From positions 2,822,847 through 2,886,846 of the forward strand of contig JBNZDD010013668.1 in NCBI GenBank assembly GCA_050575255.1: a DNA stretch of 64,000 bases, in the 5' to 3' direction. The translations under genes and the position numbers were made by a program. Source of the DNA: Harriotta raleighana. Its lineage: Eukaryota. The notes under the pieces are model-generated. The model had not been told where the DNA came from and made no database searches. It saw only the letters and a list, made by a program, of their open reading frames with translations. Numbering within the stretch: the stretch's first letter is position 1; every line of letters begins with the position of its first letter. Positions 12,661 to 25,973 of this stretch are shown one piece after another.

Positions 12661-13568
12661 GGAAATAGATAAGGCAATAGGAAGGGTGGAGACACTTGTG
12701 AAGCATAAATACTGTTGTTACAGATAACTTGGGTTACAAATACTGGGTCTTATTTCTATGCCTTTTGCTTTGTTACTGTGAGTACTTTAGGTACAAGATG
12801 CTACCCTGCATGAGGGGCACTGTATAAATATAATGTTGAGTACAATCAAATTTCAACTATTCAACAGTGAAGTTTCTCCACATGTTTATTGGCTTGAGAC
12901 AGAGACATTGCTCAACAACAGACTTTGTTTCTGTATACAACAATGGCAGAGTAGGAAACCATACTATTTCGGAAATATTTAGTGGCATACTATATGAATA
13001 TGTACTAGCAGTCCAATACTCAATTTAGCAAGCTGTTATTGAGAAGGAATCATTTTTTGCAAAATATGTGCTTTATGATCGGTCTCAGATTAAAATTTAG
13101 ATTTTATTACTTATGTCTATTGAAAACACAGTCACTAGCTTCAAATTGTAATCATTTTTATAAATAATGGAACAATTTTTAGGTGTAGTAAAGATCTTTA
13201 TTGCAATGCATTTCATTGTACACTGAAATTGAGAATCTGTATTGCATGCATAGTGCTCGATTATAGGTAAAAATGTAAAACGGATTTAACATAAAAAGAA
13301 AAGCAGTTAAGCTGGATACACTGCATAATGGTTATGAAAGAGGCCGGCATTGCATGCAATTTAAAAGCTTACCGGAGGATACAATTAGACAGTTAATTAT
13401 ACCTGGTATAAAATGAAATCTTTCTTATAATACAAAAGCAATAAAAACCCATGAACTTGTATTGTAGGCAGACTTCTGCACTTGAGAAGTCAATGCACAG
13501 TTGCTGGATCCATACTAGTCCTCTTTCTTGCACATTGAAGCAATAATTGCCACTAATTTCAAGGCTTC

Positions 13569-13680
13569 TAATAATAATAATAATTGCTTTTGATATGGTG
13601 CTTTTCATGTCTTCTAGACGTCTCAAAGCTCTTCACAGGATATACTGTAAAGTGAATAGACTGTATATTTGTGGGCAAAT
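13569..13680 (-). mobile_element. tRNA-SINE 3' tail fragment
   Basis: Reverse complement of the SINE tail. Confidence 0.8.
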
Positions 13681-14747
13681 TATAGCTTGCAATATTGATG
13701 AATCTTGCAGAAAGAAAGTAATCGGATTCAGAGACAAAAGTGCTACAACAGCACCCGGCTGACATATAATCCGCGTTAAATATCCATTGTTAGTTTTCCT
13801 TTGCTTTAATCACTGCTCCTTAATTTGATGGTTGCAGAGGTTCAGCTAACAACGTTTTGCAGGATTTTTAGTAATTCTAGCAAAGGCAGCATTGGCATCA
13901 TTAAAAGTTTTTATGAGGAAATATTATCAGTTTGCTTGTGAGGAAAATCTTTCTGTTTAAGTTCTGAAATTTGCAAGTATCTATAGTCCATAAATGGACA
14001 AATAAAGATAAAAAGCCCAATTGAAGTGACACTGAATATAATGCTGATGACTCATATATGTAGTTTATTTTGGGCTGGCGAGCATCTGGCCTTCTGTGAT
14101 TATTTGTTGCTATGGAAATCCCAGCCACAGTGTTCGATCAAACCACAAAGCATTCACTGAATCAGTGTTTTTCCCATATTATTTATACGGTAGTTAACAG
14201 GTAGTTGTTTGAAAATTACAAGTTGCTTTTGCTCAAGTGGCACATGATATCTTAAATGGGAATAACCCAGTAATGCCAAGTAACAATTAGACTATCTATA
14301 ATAATATCTGGACACACTTAGTTTATCACTATGGACAGAGTGATGGGTAAATGAAACAGTAAATCTATTTTAATCAGGTTACGCATAAGGCACCGTGTGA
14401 AGGGCGATATGTAAATTGTTGTCGTAGTTGTATTTTCAGAATAACGAGAGCAATCAGCATTTATAGTATTTAATTACTTTGATCGAAGAAATCACTTGGG
14501 ATAATTAAATGTTTGTTTGCTGAAGATAACATTTTAAATCAATAAGGTTTGAGAGAAACCTTACACTCTGAAATATTCAATAAACAAAAACAAATGGATG
14601 AAAGGATTCAGTCACTTTGGCGCAATTCAGTGATACTGGATTGTAGCCAACTTCATAAGAACTGTTTAGAACATTTCCAGCAGTCCTACTAAAATAATGC
14701 AACTTGAAAGGAATATTGAATAGAAAATACAGCTGCACTGCGAATCC

Positions 14748-15155
14748 ACAACAACAAAATTTCATTTATAGAATGCTTTTCACTTTGGGAGGATGTCCCA
14801 AGGTGCTGAACATTCAGGTCGAGACCCGAGCAAGGGGGAGAGACAGGGTTGGGGGAGGGGAGGGAGAGAGGTGGGAGGGCAGCAGAAGGCATGATCGAAG
14901 AGGAGGGTCTTGAGACTGGCCTTGAAGGAGACAAGGGAGGAAGCGAGGTGAAGGGACTGTGGGATGACGTTCCAGTGTGTGGGGGATGGGGAGCCAATGG
15001 AGCCGGGCGAGGATAGGAGTGATGGGGTCGCGGTGCTTGGTGTGGGAGAGGACACGAGCTGCAGGCTTCTGTACGATCTGCAACTTGTCAAAGGAAGGCC
15101 GATGAGGAAGGAATTTCCATAGATGAGCCTTGATGTGATGAATGATGTAGATCAA
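14748..15155 (-). mobile_element. L2 LINE 3' end
   Basis: LQIVQKPAARVLSHTKHRDPITPILARLHWLP (typical L2 ORF2 C-terminus) plus (TTG)n tail. Confidence 0.85.
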
Positions 15156-15432
15156 AATGTTGTTCTCCTTTAAAAGTGTTTTAATATGGATCTTTTCTTT
15201 AAAATTCTTATCTACACACCAGGGACAGTTCTTCTGACCATCAATGACTCATTAAATACAGTTATCAGACTTTTGGTGTATGATTGGAAGAGTAAAAATT
15301 ACGCAAAGCAATCAACTCCTGAAAGAGTGGCATAAAATAATAAGTAGTGGTTAAATCAATGAAGAAAGATCTATGGGTACACGATTAAAGATGAATTACT
15401 CACTCACCTTTCAACACGTCTGTTATATCATA

Positions 15433-15557
15433 TGCGTTTCGCCCACAAAATATATGCAGTCAATTCATTTTACTGGATATTCTGTGAAGCACTTTGAGAT
15501 GTCTAGATGATGTGAAAAGCGCTACATCAAATGCAAGGATTATTATCATTATTATTA
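15433..15557 (+). mobile_element. tRNA-SINE 3' tail fragment
   Basis: GCGTTTCGCCCACAAA...AAAAGCGCTACATCAAATGCAAGGATTATT. Confidence 0.8.
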
Positions 15558-17239
15558 TAAAGAAACAATATTCTTCAAGTCTCCCATTCGATAATAGCCC
15601 CTTACCATATTGAAATCGCTCAACACTTCCAAGAATCAATTGAATATACATCAGCAATGTGATCTGAGAAAAATATAAAATATAAATATAAACTGCTCCT
15701 TAGATATTCAGAACAAGTAACTTCCACAAGCAGCAACTGCACAATATTAATATAATAATATATGCATTTGATATATAATAAAACCTTGTTTATCCGGTAC
15801 CCAACCAAATGGCATACTCAACCAACTGGTATCTCCCAATACAATTCACAATTCCAGCAACTGGATCTCATACCGTAGTCATCCAGGACACTCTTGGTAT
15901 GCTCACTTTGGCAATGAGGGCGCACTTATTAAACTTACCGAACGCTGGAATGCTTTAAATTTTACCGATCATTTTACCAAGTGCTGGAATGCTTTATTGG
16001 TAAGTATCCAGGAACAGCACAAGGGTATTTGGTCCCCTAAGCGAGCCTTCATATGTGCACCCCCGAGTAACATTTGATAAGCTAATGTTCATACTTGACA
16101 TCACAACTGGTCTTTAATTCAGTTTATATACAATAAATAGCAGTTATTTGGATGTCAATGAAAAATATAGTTTAGCTCTGTCATACATCTAAGGAAACAC
16201 TCCTAAACATTCCTAAACACTTCTCTGATTAAATTGAAGATATCAGATTGATATATTATTTATAGAAATGGAATGAAGACTTAAGAATGCCCAAATTGTG
16301 TAGTTATATAACCTTCACCGGCAAAGTAATACTGTACAGGGTAACTACACACTCACATAGACAATAATCATGTATGTTCAGAAAAGTTTTGAAATTTAAA
16401 TAATTAGATGTAGGAAAGCCTGCAGTATTATTGGGATAGATCTGATTTGAGAATCTGATTGAGATCTGATTGAGAATCCCAGAGTGAATACTTGAAACAG
16501 TGAAACATTTTTACTATTCTTACTGTTCACAGTTTGTGAATCTCGGATGAATCTTGTAATCCAATATTCTTATCACAGAAACTGAAAATAATGAAATAGA
16601 TTGAGGCTGGAAATATTGAATATTGATTCAGATTCATTGAAAGGGACATCCGATTCCAAATGAAACATCTCTTGAAGTGATGGAACCACATTGGCTATAT
16701 TTTATAACAATATCTAATTGTAAATATTAATCTAATAATACATAATAATATAGATTGCATAATTTTTTCATCATCCTACTTAATTCAAATTAGAATCTCT
16801 GGTGAAGGACAAAAATTAAATTTTAAACATGAAAAGTCAATACGATTATGAAATAAGAGTATGTGATTAAATCAAATAAATTAGAACAAGTACAGTACCT
16901 GTTTAATTGTTGAACAAACATTAAAATGATCTTTATGTCATAAGGCAACGTACAAATGCAAATACAATGTTGGGGTGCATAAATAGTTTCATATAAAGAT
17001 CATTCTAATGAAAGGAAATGAGTACAGTATTAAATACTGTGTGTTGATGTGGTCACCATAGCTACACAAAAAAAATTTGAGACAGTAAAATAACTTCAGA
17101 GACAGGAAATAAAGATCGCAGCTTTTAGATAAACTATAAAGAGAATCTGAAGAAGTTAATTTATTCACATTGTAAAAGACAGAAACTAATCCCAAACTAA
17201 GGAAAAATATCCTTTCCATGTCCTCATTTTATTCCTTGG

Positions 17240-17365
17240 GGTGTGTGTGTGTATGATTGTGTGCTTTCATGTGTGCATGTGTGTATGCATGTGTGCGTGC
17301 ATGCGTGTGCATGTGTGGGCATGTGTGTATGAGATTGTGTGTGTGTGATTGTGAGTGTGTGTGTG
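17240..17365. repeat. Imperfect (TG)n microsatellite
   Basis: Direct inspection. Confidence 0.9.
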
Positions 17366-17797
17366 TCCTGTAATTCAGTGATTAGAGCACACATCTTACA
17401 ACCAAGTGACCTAGGATCAATTCCAGACATGGCGAAACCTTGGGAAAGTTTCCCCACTCCACACGCCTGATAATAATCCCTCAAAAAAAATGAAAAAAAC
17501 TTTAATAGTTGCATGTGCGTCAATTCACTTTACAGTATATTCTGTGAAGTGCTTTGAGATATCAATAAGATGCAAATAGTATTATATTAAGTGCAAGGAT
17601 TGTAATTATTATCCCTCCAAAAAAACCACAATAATAAAATTGATCATTTCAATCCACGACTGTTTGTGGGACACAACCTTGCACAATTGGCTTCTGCGTT
17701 TCGCCTACATATATACAGTTAACTCACTTTCCTATGAAGCACTTTGAGATGTCTAGAAGACGTGAAAAGCATTATACCAAATGCACGATTATTATTA
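17365..17797 (+). mobile_element. Two overlapping or tandem tRNA-SINE copies
   Basis: Head plus deleted body plus tail (to about 17610), followed by a second body plus tail. Confidence 0.8.
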
Positions 17798-18322
17798 ATA
17801 AGAACTGTTGATTTGTGGAACAAACTGCTACCTCGTGCTCTATTAATTAAAAGAACATAATGGGGAATTGAATCAACTTTAAATCAGTAGAGAATAAAGG
17901 GATATTGATTTTGGTTTGGAAAAAGATGTATAACGGTAAGAATGATAATTGAAACAAAAGCTGACTGATGAAAAGGATTGGCTGGGGCTAAAATCTTTTC
18001 CTGATTCAATCTTTCTGTCTACCACTGACTAAACATCCCTCAAATCGGGAGTACATCTGAAATTAGACAACTGTTTTATAAAACTGTATGTTTTTATTTT
18101 AACAATTTTTATGATCAGCCACATTTGTGTGAGGTAAGAACATAAAAAAGCATACAAATTTTCTAGGAGAAAAAAGGTCCATCTAGTTCACCATCCTGGC
18201 ATGAAATGTCATGTCCCAAATTATATATTGTATCCAAGATGTGTTAATAGCTACAAATACTATGCTTCTACACAAAACAGATTATTCCTCTAGAGAAAAA
18301 TGGGCTCTAGTGAAGCACATTA

Positions 18323-18748
18323 TTTCCTTACTCCACATGTGTGATAATAATCCCTAAAACCCCCCAATAATAAATTGGTCATTTTCAATCCATGACTGTT
18401 TGTGGGACACTGCTGTGTGCAAATGGCTGCCTCGTTTCACCCACAAATAAAACCAAGCCTTTTTCTTTTTAATATGTGTTGTGTTGTATTAGATGTCGTA
18501 AAATAAGACGGTTCTTTCAAAGCAAAGAAAGATTGGGAAGGTCATTGTCATTTTGAAGACAAAATAATATTAAATAGCTTTGTGGAAATATTGTGTTGCC
18601 TACAAAATGCAGACAATTTAAATTGTGTGAAAAGTGCATTGAAACAAATATACAATCAATTCATTTTACAGTATATTCTGTGTAGCGCTTTGAGACATCT
18701 AGAAGATGTGAAAAGTGCTATATCAAATGCAAGGATTATTATTATTAT
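18323..18748 (+). mobile_element. 5'-truncated tRNA-SINE interrupted by a 194-bp insert (18450-18643)
   Basis: The SINE sequence CCCACAAATA|TACAGTCAATTC is split, and ACAAATA is duplicated at 18443-49 and 18644-50. Confidence 0.8.
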
Positions 18749-19261
18749 GAATACCTATACATTCATATTGTCAGTGAATAAGTCTAGACATCAAGAAAAA
18801 TCAAGAATAAAGTCTAATAAGAATTTAGGTTCATGCTGTAGAATATAATTGACCTTGCTGTTCGCAACAATTGCTTTATAATCAGAACACCATTATTCCT
18901 CCAATGATCTTAAACAATAAGCTACCAAATTTCTGGAACATTGTTACAGGTAATATAGCTTTGACCATTAAAATGAAAAGCTACGCAGTTGAATGAGATT
19001 AATCTGAAGGAGCTGCAAGCAAAACAGCAAATGCATTTTTGGAGGCCCATATTGCTTTGTGGAAACATAACAGATATATATAAAATATAATTCTTAAAAG
19101 GATAAAGTCAGACATAGACTGCAAAGGGGAAGAGGGAAGGCAAATATGCTACTGAGATAATGAGGGGGAGGGAACCAATCTTATTGTCAATTGTGGTATA
19201 AATGATGGATAACATTTCTGAGGAATTAGTGATATACATGTACTGTATGTTGGTGGCACAT

Positions 19262-19602
19262 GCCAGCCTGGCTCAGTTGGTAGCACTCTCAGCCGCTGAG
19301 TCAAAAGGTAGTGGGTTCTCGTTCTGCATTGCCACTTATGCTCTAGGCTGACATTGCAATACCATGCTAGTCTTGTGGGCACCCATGACACTATTTGAAA
19401 GAGAAATGAATTTCTCCCAACATCCTGGCCAACAATGTCCCAGATAGAATTTGTCATCACTTCAAGGCTATTTGTCGGACTTTGCTGTGTGCAAATTGAT
19501 TACGGGTTTGCCTAAATGTGGCCAATATCTATTCTTTATAGTAAATCCCATGATGGGTTTTGGGATGTTTCAGCGGCGTAATAAATGCAGGGATTAGTAT
19601 TA
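19262..19602 (+). mobile_element. Older Deu-domain SINE
   Basis: GCCTGGCTCAGTTGGTAGCACTCTC...TGAGTCAAAAGG...TAGGCTGACA...TCCTGGCCAAC...GCTGTGTGCAAATTG. Confidence 0.7.
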
Positions 19603-19917
19603 TTAAAAATGGGTGTTCCACTACTGTATCCCAAAATGATTTATGAGGGTCCCCCTAGTGGCTCAATTTGAAAGTCATTGTCTGGAGTGAGCGTCATACA
19701 CACCTGGAGGGAAATTTACCACTGAATTTGTGCATCTAACTGATCTCAGCACAAAGACTTCTACATCTTTTCTTGTTGCACTGTTTGACCCACAAAATAC
19801 AAAGTCAATCCACTTGACAGTATATTCCTGTGAAAAGCTTTGACATTTCTCAACGTGACTATTTTTATGATTTATTTTCTGTCCCCACCACCCTGCAAAG
19901 TGGAGGTTAGCTGTTTT

Positions 19918-20254
19918 AATAATAATAATAATAATCTTTGCATTTGATATAGCGCTTTTCACATCTTATCAACATCCCAAAGCGCTTCACAGAATATACT
20001 GCAAAGTGAATTGACTTTATATTTGTGGGCGGAATGCGGCAGCCAATTGCGCACAGCAGTGTCCCACAAACAGTCGTGGATTGAAATGACCAATTTTATT
20101 ATTGTGGTTTTTTTGGAGGGATTATTATTAGGCATGTGGAGTAAGGAAACTTGCCCAAGGTTTCGCCCTGATCTGCCTGGATTACGAACACAGGTCTCAT
20201 GCTTGAAAGGCATGTAAGGCGAGTGCTCTAACCACTGAGCCACAGGAGCTCCAC
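19918..20254 (-). mobile_element. Full-length tRNA-SINE, short/young subfamily
   Basis: Near-identical to 690-1016; the two copies give the same spurious ORF translation. Confidence 0.92.
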
Positions 20255-21992
20255 AGAGCTCCATAGAGAAGGAAGGAAAACCTGATATTTTTATTCCTGT
20301 GATTCTCCAAACCGTTGTTTTCAGAGAGCACGATGAGCAAGTTGCTCACTTTCTTGCTTAGCTAAGTTGTTCCAAATAAAAGAATTGGTAAGAAAATAAC
20401 TTAAAAAGAATCTTTGAAAAGTCAGTCCAATCTATTTCACAAAGCACTGACATTTTCCTGACAGTTTATTTTCTTCACCAAAATAATCATTCATAATTGT
20501 TTTCACTTATTTCTGCAAAGTCTAATTCATTTGAGTTCCTTTTTCATATTCTACAGCACTCTGTCACACAGGTGTGACATTTACCAATTTTCAAGAGGAA
20601 GAAAAATGCCCTTTTTAGTTGGAAGTTATTAGCAAGAGAACATGAATTGTATCAGAAGTGGCTAAAGGGAACAATATACTGTAGCACACTTTTGCCAGAA
20701 GCTAAACTTAGTGCTCTGGAAGAGAGACTATGGAAGTTATTTCTTCTGAGTTGAAGGATATTGTCTATGAAGGTTCCTCTAAATTTCAAGTCCTGTACCA
20801 GAATGTGTTATATCTAATGAAATGCCAATCCAACTTACCTTTAGTGATGGGCTCTGTGTACAGAGTCAAAGAGCCGCACTAACGACACATAAAATCTGAT
20901 TAAGTAGTACATTGCCACTAAAATCCTTTGATGACCTGTCTGCTATTTCTGTTTCTAAACCATTTGTAAATTGCATTGAATCGCCAATGCATGTGTTGTC
21001 TTAGCTGACGCACAAATTGTAAGTCACAGGCAGTGTAATGCATTCCTTTTGAAAAGTGGAGGAGTTAATTATGAATTAGTAATTGCTGTTTATTAAAATG
21101 ATTATTTTCTAAGCTAAATTTATTAGAACAACATATTGACGTCAGGCTACGTTTGTTGTCCCGACGCTCTCTCCTGCTTTTAATTTGACACAAGAACCAA
21201 CATTCCCTACATACAATATTATAGAGACCAAAACCATCTCTATTTCAAATTAAATTTTATATAACAATAAAATTGTAACAATCTTCTGGAAATACATTGG
21301 TTGCTTTAGTGCAATACTGTAGAATGGAATGTTTTGATACAGTGTCTAGGTTTTGTTCCAACCAAAACCAAATAAGCCCATTCATATAAACATTGCCTAC
21401 TCATCAGTTGAAAAATAGGAATGTTGACTCTTAAAATATATTTTAGATCTGACCTCTGTTGCATAGCCTCCAGAAAAGTTTGAAATCAGCAAAGACAATA
21501 AAATCCATAGCACATCAGAAATGACTGGTTTAAAAACAAACATCCTACTTTTACTTGAAAGTGAACCCTTGCAACTATTTAAATACCTGTGTCACATTTT
21601 GTTGTTATATGTAATTTGTATGAAAACATGCTTGTGTGTGACATACAAATGAGGAAAAAAAGACATGGCATTTCTGAATTTATTTTCACATTTTTTTAAA
21701 CAAATACCTTTTCACTCTAGACAAAATTACTTTTTAAATGGCTCACATTTAGGGAAATAATTTAAAATTTATAGTACGTTATCTTCTTTCACTCCAAATT
21801 CAATGATCTGCTTGAACCAGAAATAGGAATGTGTTCCACTGAAATTAAGAATCAAACCAGTTATTTGCATATTCCAGTAGATTCCATACCAAACAAAACC
21901 GGGGGAGAACAATTAAGGTAGATTATTCGCAAACTGGCGAATCAGAAAGTTGAACTGCTATGGCATTGGCTAGAATCTTACAGAAATTGATG

Positions 21993-22357
21993 TAATAATA
22001 ATCCTTGCATTTGATACAGCGCGTTTCATGTCTTCTAGGCGTCCCAAAGTGATTCACAGAATATATTGTAAAGTAAATTTATTGTATATTTTGGGGCAAA
22101 GTGTGGCAACCAATTGCGCACAGCAGTGTCCCACAAACAGTCGTGAATTAAGTGACCAAATTATTTTGGATTTGTTTGAGGAATTATTGTCCTTGGAAAA
22201 GCGTTCTGCCAATCGTCTAACAATTGGGTTTTCTACTTACTGATAGGTACACAGAAGCATGTGGAGTGAGGAAACTTGCTCAATATTTCCCTGTGCCGGG
22301 AATCGAACCCAGGTCTCTTGTTTGTAAGGCGAATGCTCTAACTACTGAGCTATAGGA
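21993..22357 (-). mobile_element. tRNA-SINE, long subfamily
   Basis: The reverse complement contains CCACATGCTTCTGTGTACCTATCAGTAAGTAGAAAACCCAATTGTTAGACGATTGGCAG. Confidence 0.8.
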
Positions 22358-23299
22358 ATTGAATCCTCCAATGCAACTGATTGTTCACTTCATGTCTGCC
22401 TGTGTACAAATTAGCTGTCACAAATAAATACACAGCCACCACACTTCACAGTACTTAGCTGCGATGCTCTGTGAGACATTTACAATACAATATAAATTTA
22501 CATTTATACAGCACCTTTCATGTATCTTAATAACAACAAGTGGCATTTATATAGCACCTTTCATTTCGGGAGGATGTCAAACATTAATAATATCTCTCAT
22601 TTTAGAAATTATAAATTGGCAGATAATCTGGGGGTAGGGGCTTGAGGTGGGGAAGAGGGGAAAGATAAGTAAAAAGAGATAGGTCAAAGAAAGGGCTTGA
22701 GAGGGACCATGAAAAGAGGTGAGGGATATTTGACATTGGATATGGACCCTTTAATGTCCACATATTATAATGTTTAGATATTATAGAGTTCATATAAATT
22801 GCATTATTTTAATTATTATATTCTCTCTCAAAACGTCCTCTTCCTATATGCTATCACAATCTGAAAAAGCTGCCAAGGACAGATATTAAATTGAAGAATT
22901 CAAGGTGAAATATCTACTTAAGTTATTAACTTGGCCCTCGAGATTATTATCAGTTCCTCTTTCATGCTGTCTGATACTTTTGTTGCTCAGAAACTCCACT
23001 TTGTTTTGCAATACATCCCACATAATGAATAATGCTATTCATTTGTTACCTATTTTTTAATTTATATACAGTATATGCCACAACACCAAAGCACATGAGA
23101 ATCTGATTTGTATACCTTTTATTGCTGCACCTTCTTCAGGTAAATTTTTCAAGCTTCCAACAGAAAAGCAGAATGTGGAGAGGGAATTCGGTTCATGGAG
23201 CCTGTTTCCACCAATTTATTAGAACCTAGTAAATCTTTTAAGGCCAATGCCTTGCACTTTGTTTCACATGCTTTACAACTTCTATTACCTAGGTATCTG

Positions 23300-23925
23300 T
23301 CTATTCACTTTTAAGCATTCCTATTGATTTTAGGACAGAGCATACCACATCATCACATATCTCTGTGTGAAGGGAATGCTGCCTGAACTCATTTCTAACT
23401 ATCTGTAACAAAACTTTAGAATGTGTACGCGGAACAAAGATCGCCTCAATATACAGAGTATATTTAGAAAAACTGTTAGTAGTATGCAAATGGTCTGCCT
23501 TTCATGATGTTAATAATCCGAACATCTGATAAAGTGCCTTTTATTTTGGGAGTACATTTCAATACGCAATTTACTGAAAAGCTGTATTGTCTGTGTTCTG
23601 TAGGCAACACAATATTTCCACAAAGCTTTTGGAAGATCCCAGAGTTGTGTACTTTCATATGAGCTCTAGCTCTGTACATGGCAAATATATGATGTCGTAA
23701 TAATCTTCCAATACTCCCTCTTCCCACTCACGCATCACATTGCAATAACTATTTACTATTATTTTGTCCTCAAAATGACAATGACCTTCCCAACCCCTTT
23801 TCAGTTTGTCTTTTTAATTTTGCAATAATGTCAAAGAATATATACTTTCTTCTCTTTGAAAGAACCTTCTTATTTCACGACACCCAACATAAAACATTGA
23901 AATTAAAAAGGCTTGGTTTATTTTT
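23300..23925 (-). repeat. Unclassified repeat, longer homolog of the 18450-18643 insert
   Basis: 29-nt exact inverted match (23599-23627 vs 18576-18604), 24-nt match (23770-23793), and colinear further blocks to 23920. The left boundary is uncertain. Confidence 0.55.
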
Positions 23926-25973
23926 ATTTTTACAATAAATGGATAATAAATTAAGTTTGCTTATCTTTGCAATATCATGCGGTATCCTTTAGGCTACATA
24001 ATGGAAACAGGTCCTGAAATAGATTACTAAATTCACTCCAGATTAAGGATAGCAAAGCTTTATGTTCCATGACCATGAGAATATTCGTATTACTGAACCT
24101 AATGCTTCTTAACAGTGATGTCTTGTGAGGTTAATTTTACTCTGTTAATACCGGATGTTAAGTGTAAGGGAATTGATGGCTTTTCTTCAGAAGGAGGTTA
24201 TCTTGTCCCAGCTGAACTGAAAGTACTAAATTTAAAGCAATGTATTATGTTTGGTAAAATGTAGCCAGTCATCCAGACACTGTCATTACATTGCAGCCTT
24301 TAATCAATACTTCCTCTGTCTACTCCACTACTCTTTTCACCAATGGTAACCTTCTGTGTTTACGAGCTTTGGGTCTTCATCTTGGTTTCTCATGAGAAAA
24401 AGATGAGGAATTAGGAATAACAGCAGCTGTACAGTAATTGACACATTGTACTTGAAATTGGCAAAGTATATGAATGGCATATTTGGCAGCATGATTCATG
24501 TACGTCTCAGTTTACAATTGCCCATATAAACTGGGCATGCTGTACAGAATGCTTTCTCAAAGCAGCCTATATACTGTATATTACACAGTACAACATTTAC
24601 TGTAGATAGTTCTGATGGTTTCAAAAGTCAGTTTTCCTGAAGAGAAAGCTAACACTTATGTTCCTTTCTTGTCAACTTTTAAGGGAAATATTTGCAATTT
24701 TCCTTTCTATTTTCCTACAATGGAGTTGGATACGCAGTTCAATAGGAAAACCACAATAAAATACATTAGCTGTCTCAATTGGAAGCATTCTGATCCGTAA
24801 GAGGACTCATGGCAAGTCTTTGAACATTGGAATGATAAAGAACCATGCAGGGTTCTGCTATGACAACTCATTCAACAAGATGTTTAGATAATGTTTGGTG
24901 TAGGGTTTAAACACTACTCCTAAACTCATTATTTCCCCAGCTGCTACTTTGGAAACAGACTTCAAATGCGTTCAACAGCTACAATCTGCTTGACTTTGCT
25001 TAGGACAACAGGTGATTCTAATATTTACAAATATAATGCAGTCAAAGGATAAACAGCATAGAATAGAGGTTGAGCCTTTCTAAGCGATATTCTAAAATGA
25101 GAAATACTGCCAAATGTACAACTCCAAAAGAATGATTATTTAAATTCTTAGAGAACTAGGTGGACGAAGGAAAGAAATGTGTTCTTGAGCTACAAATACA
25201 TTTTGAAATCCCTAGTACCTGTACAATAGAATATATAGGACAAGTTCTGCAAGAAACAGCTACCTTGAATTAATCAGGTACTCCTGACCTTCTAACATGA
25301 TAACAACAACAACAACTTGAATTTATATAGCTCCCTCCATACTATACCCCACGTAACAATTACAATGCAAAATTATATTTGTTTAGCGCCTTTCACGTCG
25401 GGAGGACTGTAACGGTAACAATAAATGAAGCAACCTCAAGGCAATGGAAAAAAGTTACTTACATAATTCATCAGGTGATTGGTTTCAGTTAATGGAAATT
25501 TGTTTCACAAGTTGTATGAAAATATCAAAGAGAATTACCACAAGAGAAGCAGACTAATTAGAAAAGTTGTATTTGCCAACAATTAAATTGAAGTTCACAT
25601 TTTTACCATATTTCTCTTCACTGCGACTCTCAAGTACAATTTCTGGACTTATTGACATGTACAAAGATACCTTGCACACCCAAACTTTGAAAATGAGTAC
25701 AGTATATGCAAGTACACCGTTGCGTAACAAAGTTACTCTTGATGTTGCAATATTATTTACTAAAATTATTTTATTTCAGAATATAATTTCATGCACTTCA
25801 ATATCATCAATTTGCATATAACTTTCATATAAAATAACATGAGATAGAGACATTGATGGGAGCCAAGGAAAATGCCTTTCATCTTATCCAAATCACATGT
25901 AGAAAAAAATAGTTCATCCAGATCTTGATTTCTGATGGGAAAGTGGACAGAACATCCTAGGACCTCAAACCAC

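Noticed and set aside
15775-15880. Possible Tigger-like left end (AAACCTTGTTTATCCGG...CAACCAACTGG)
   Set aside because: I could not find a matching right TIR or TSD, so the call is unsupported.
18520-18585. Idea that the 18.5-kb insert is a spliced retrocopy of the 23.6-kb sequence (missing segments start near GT and end in AG)
   Set aside because: The junctions are off by at least one base from GT-AG removal, one gap is only about 50 nt, and there is no poly-A; microhomology deletion fits better.
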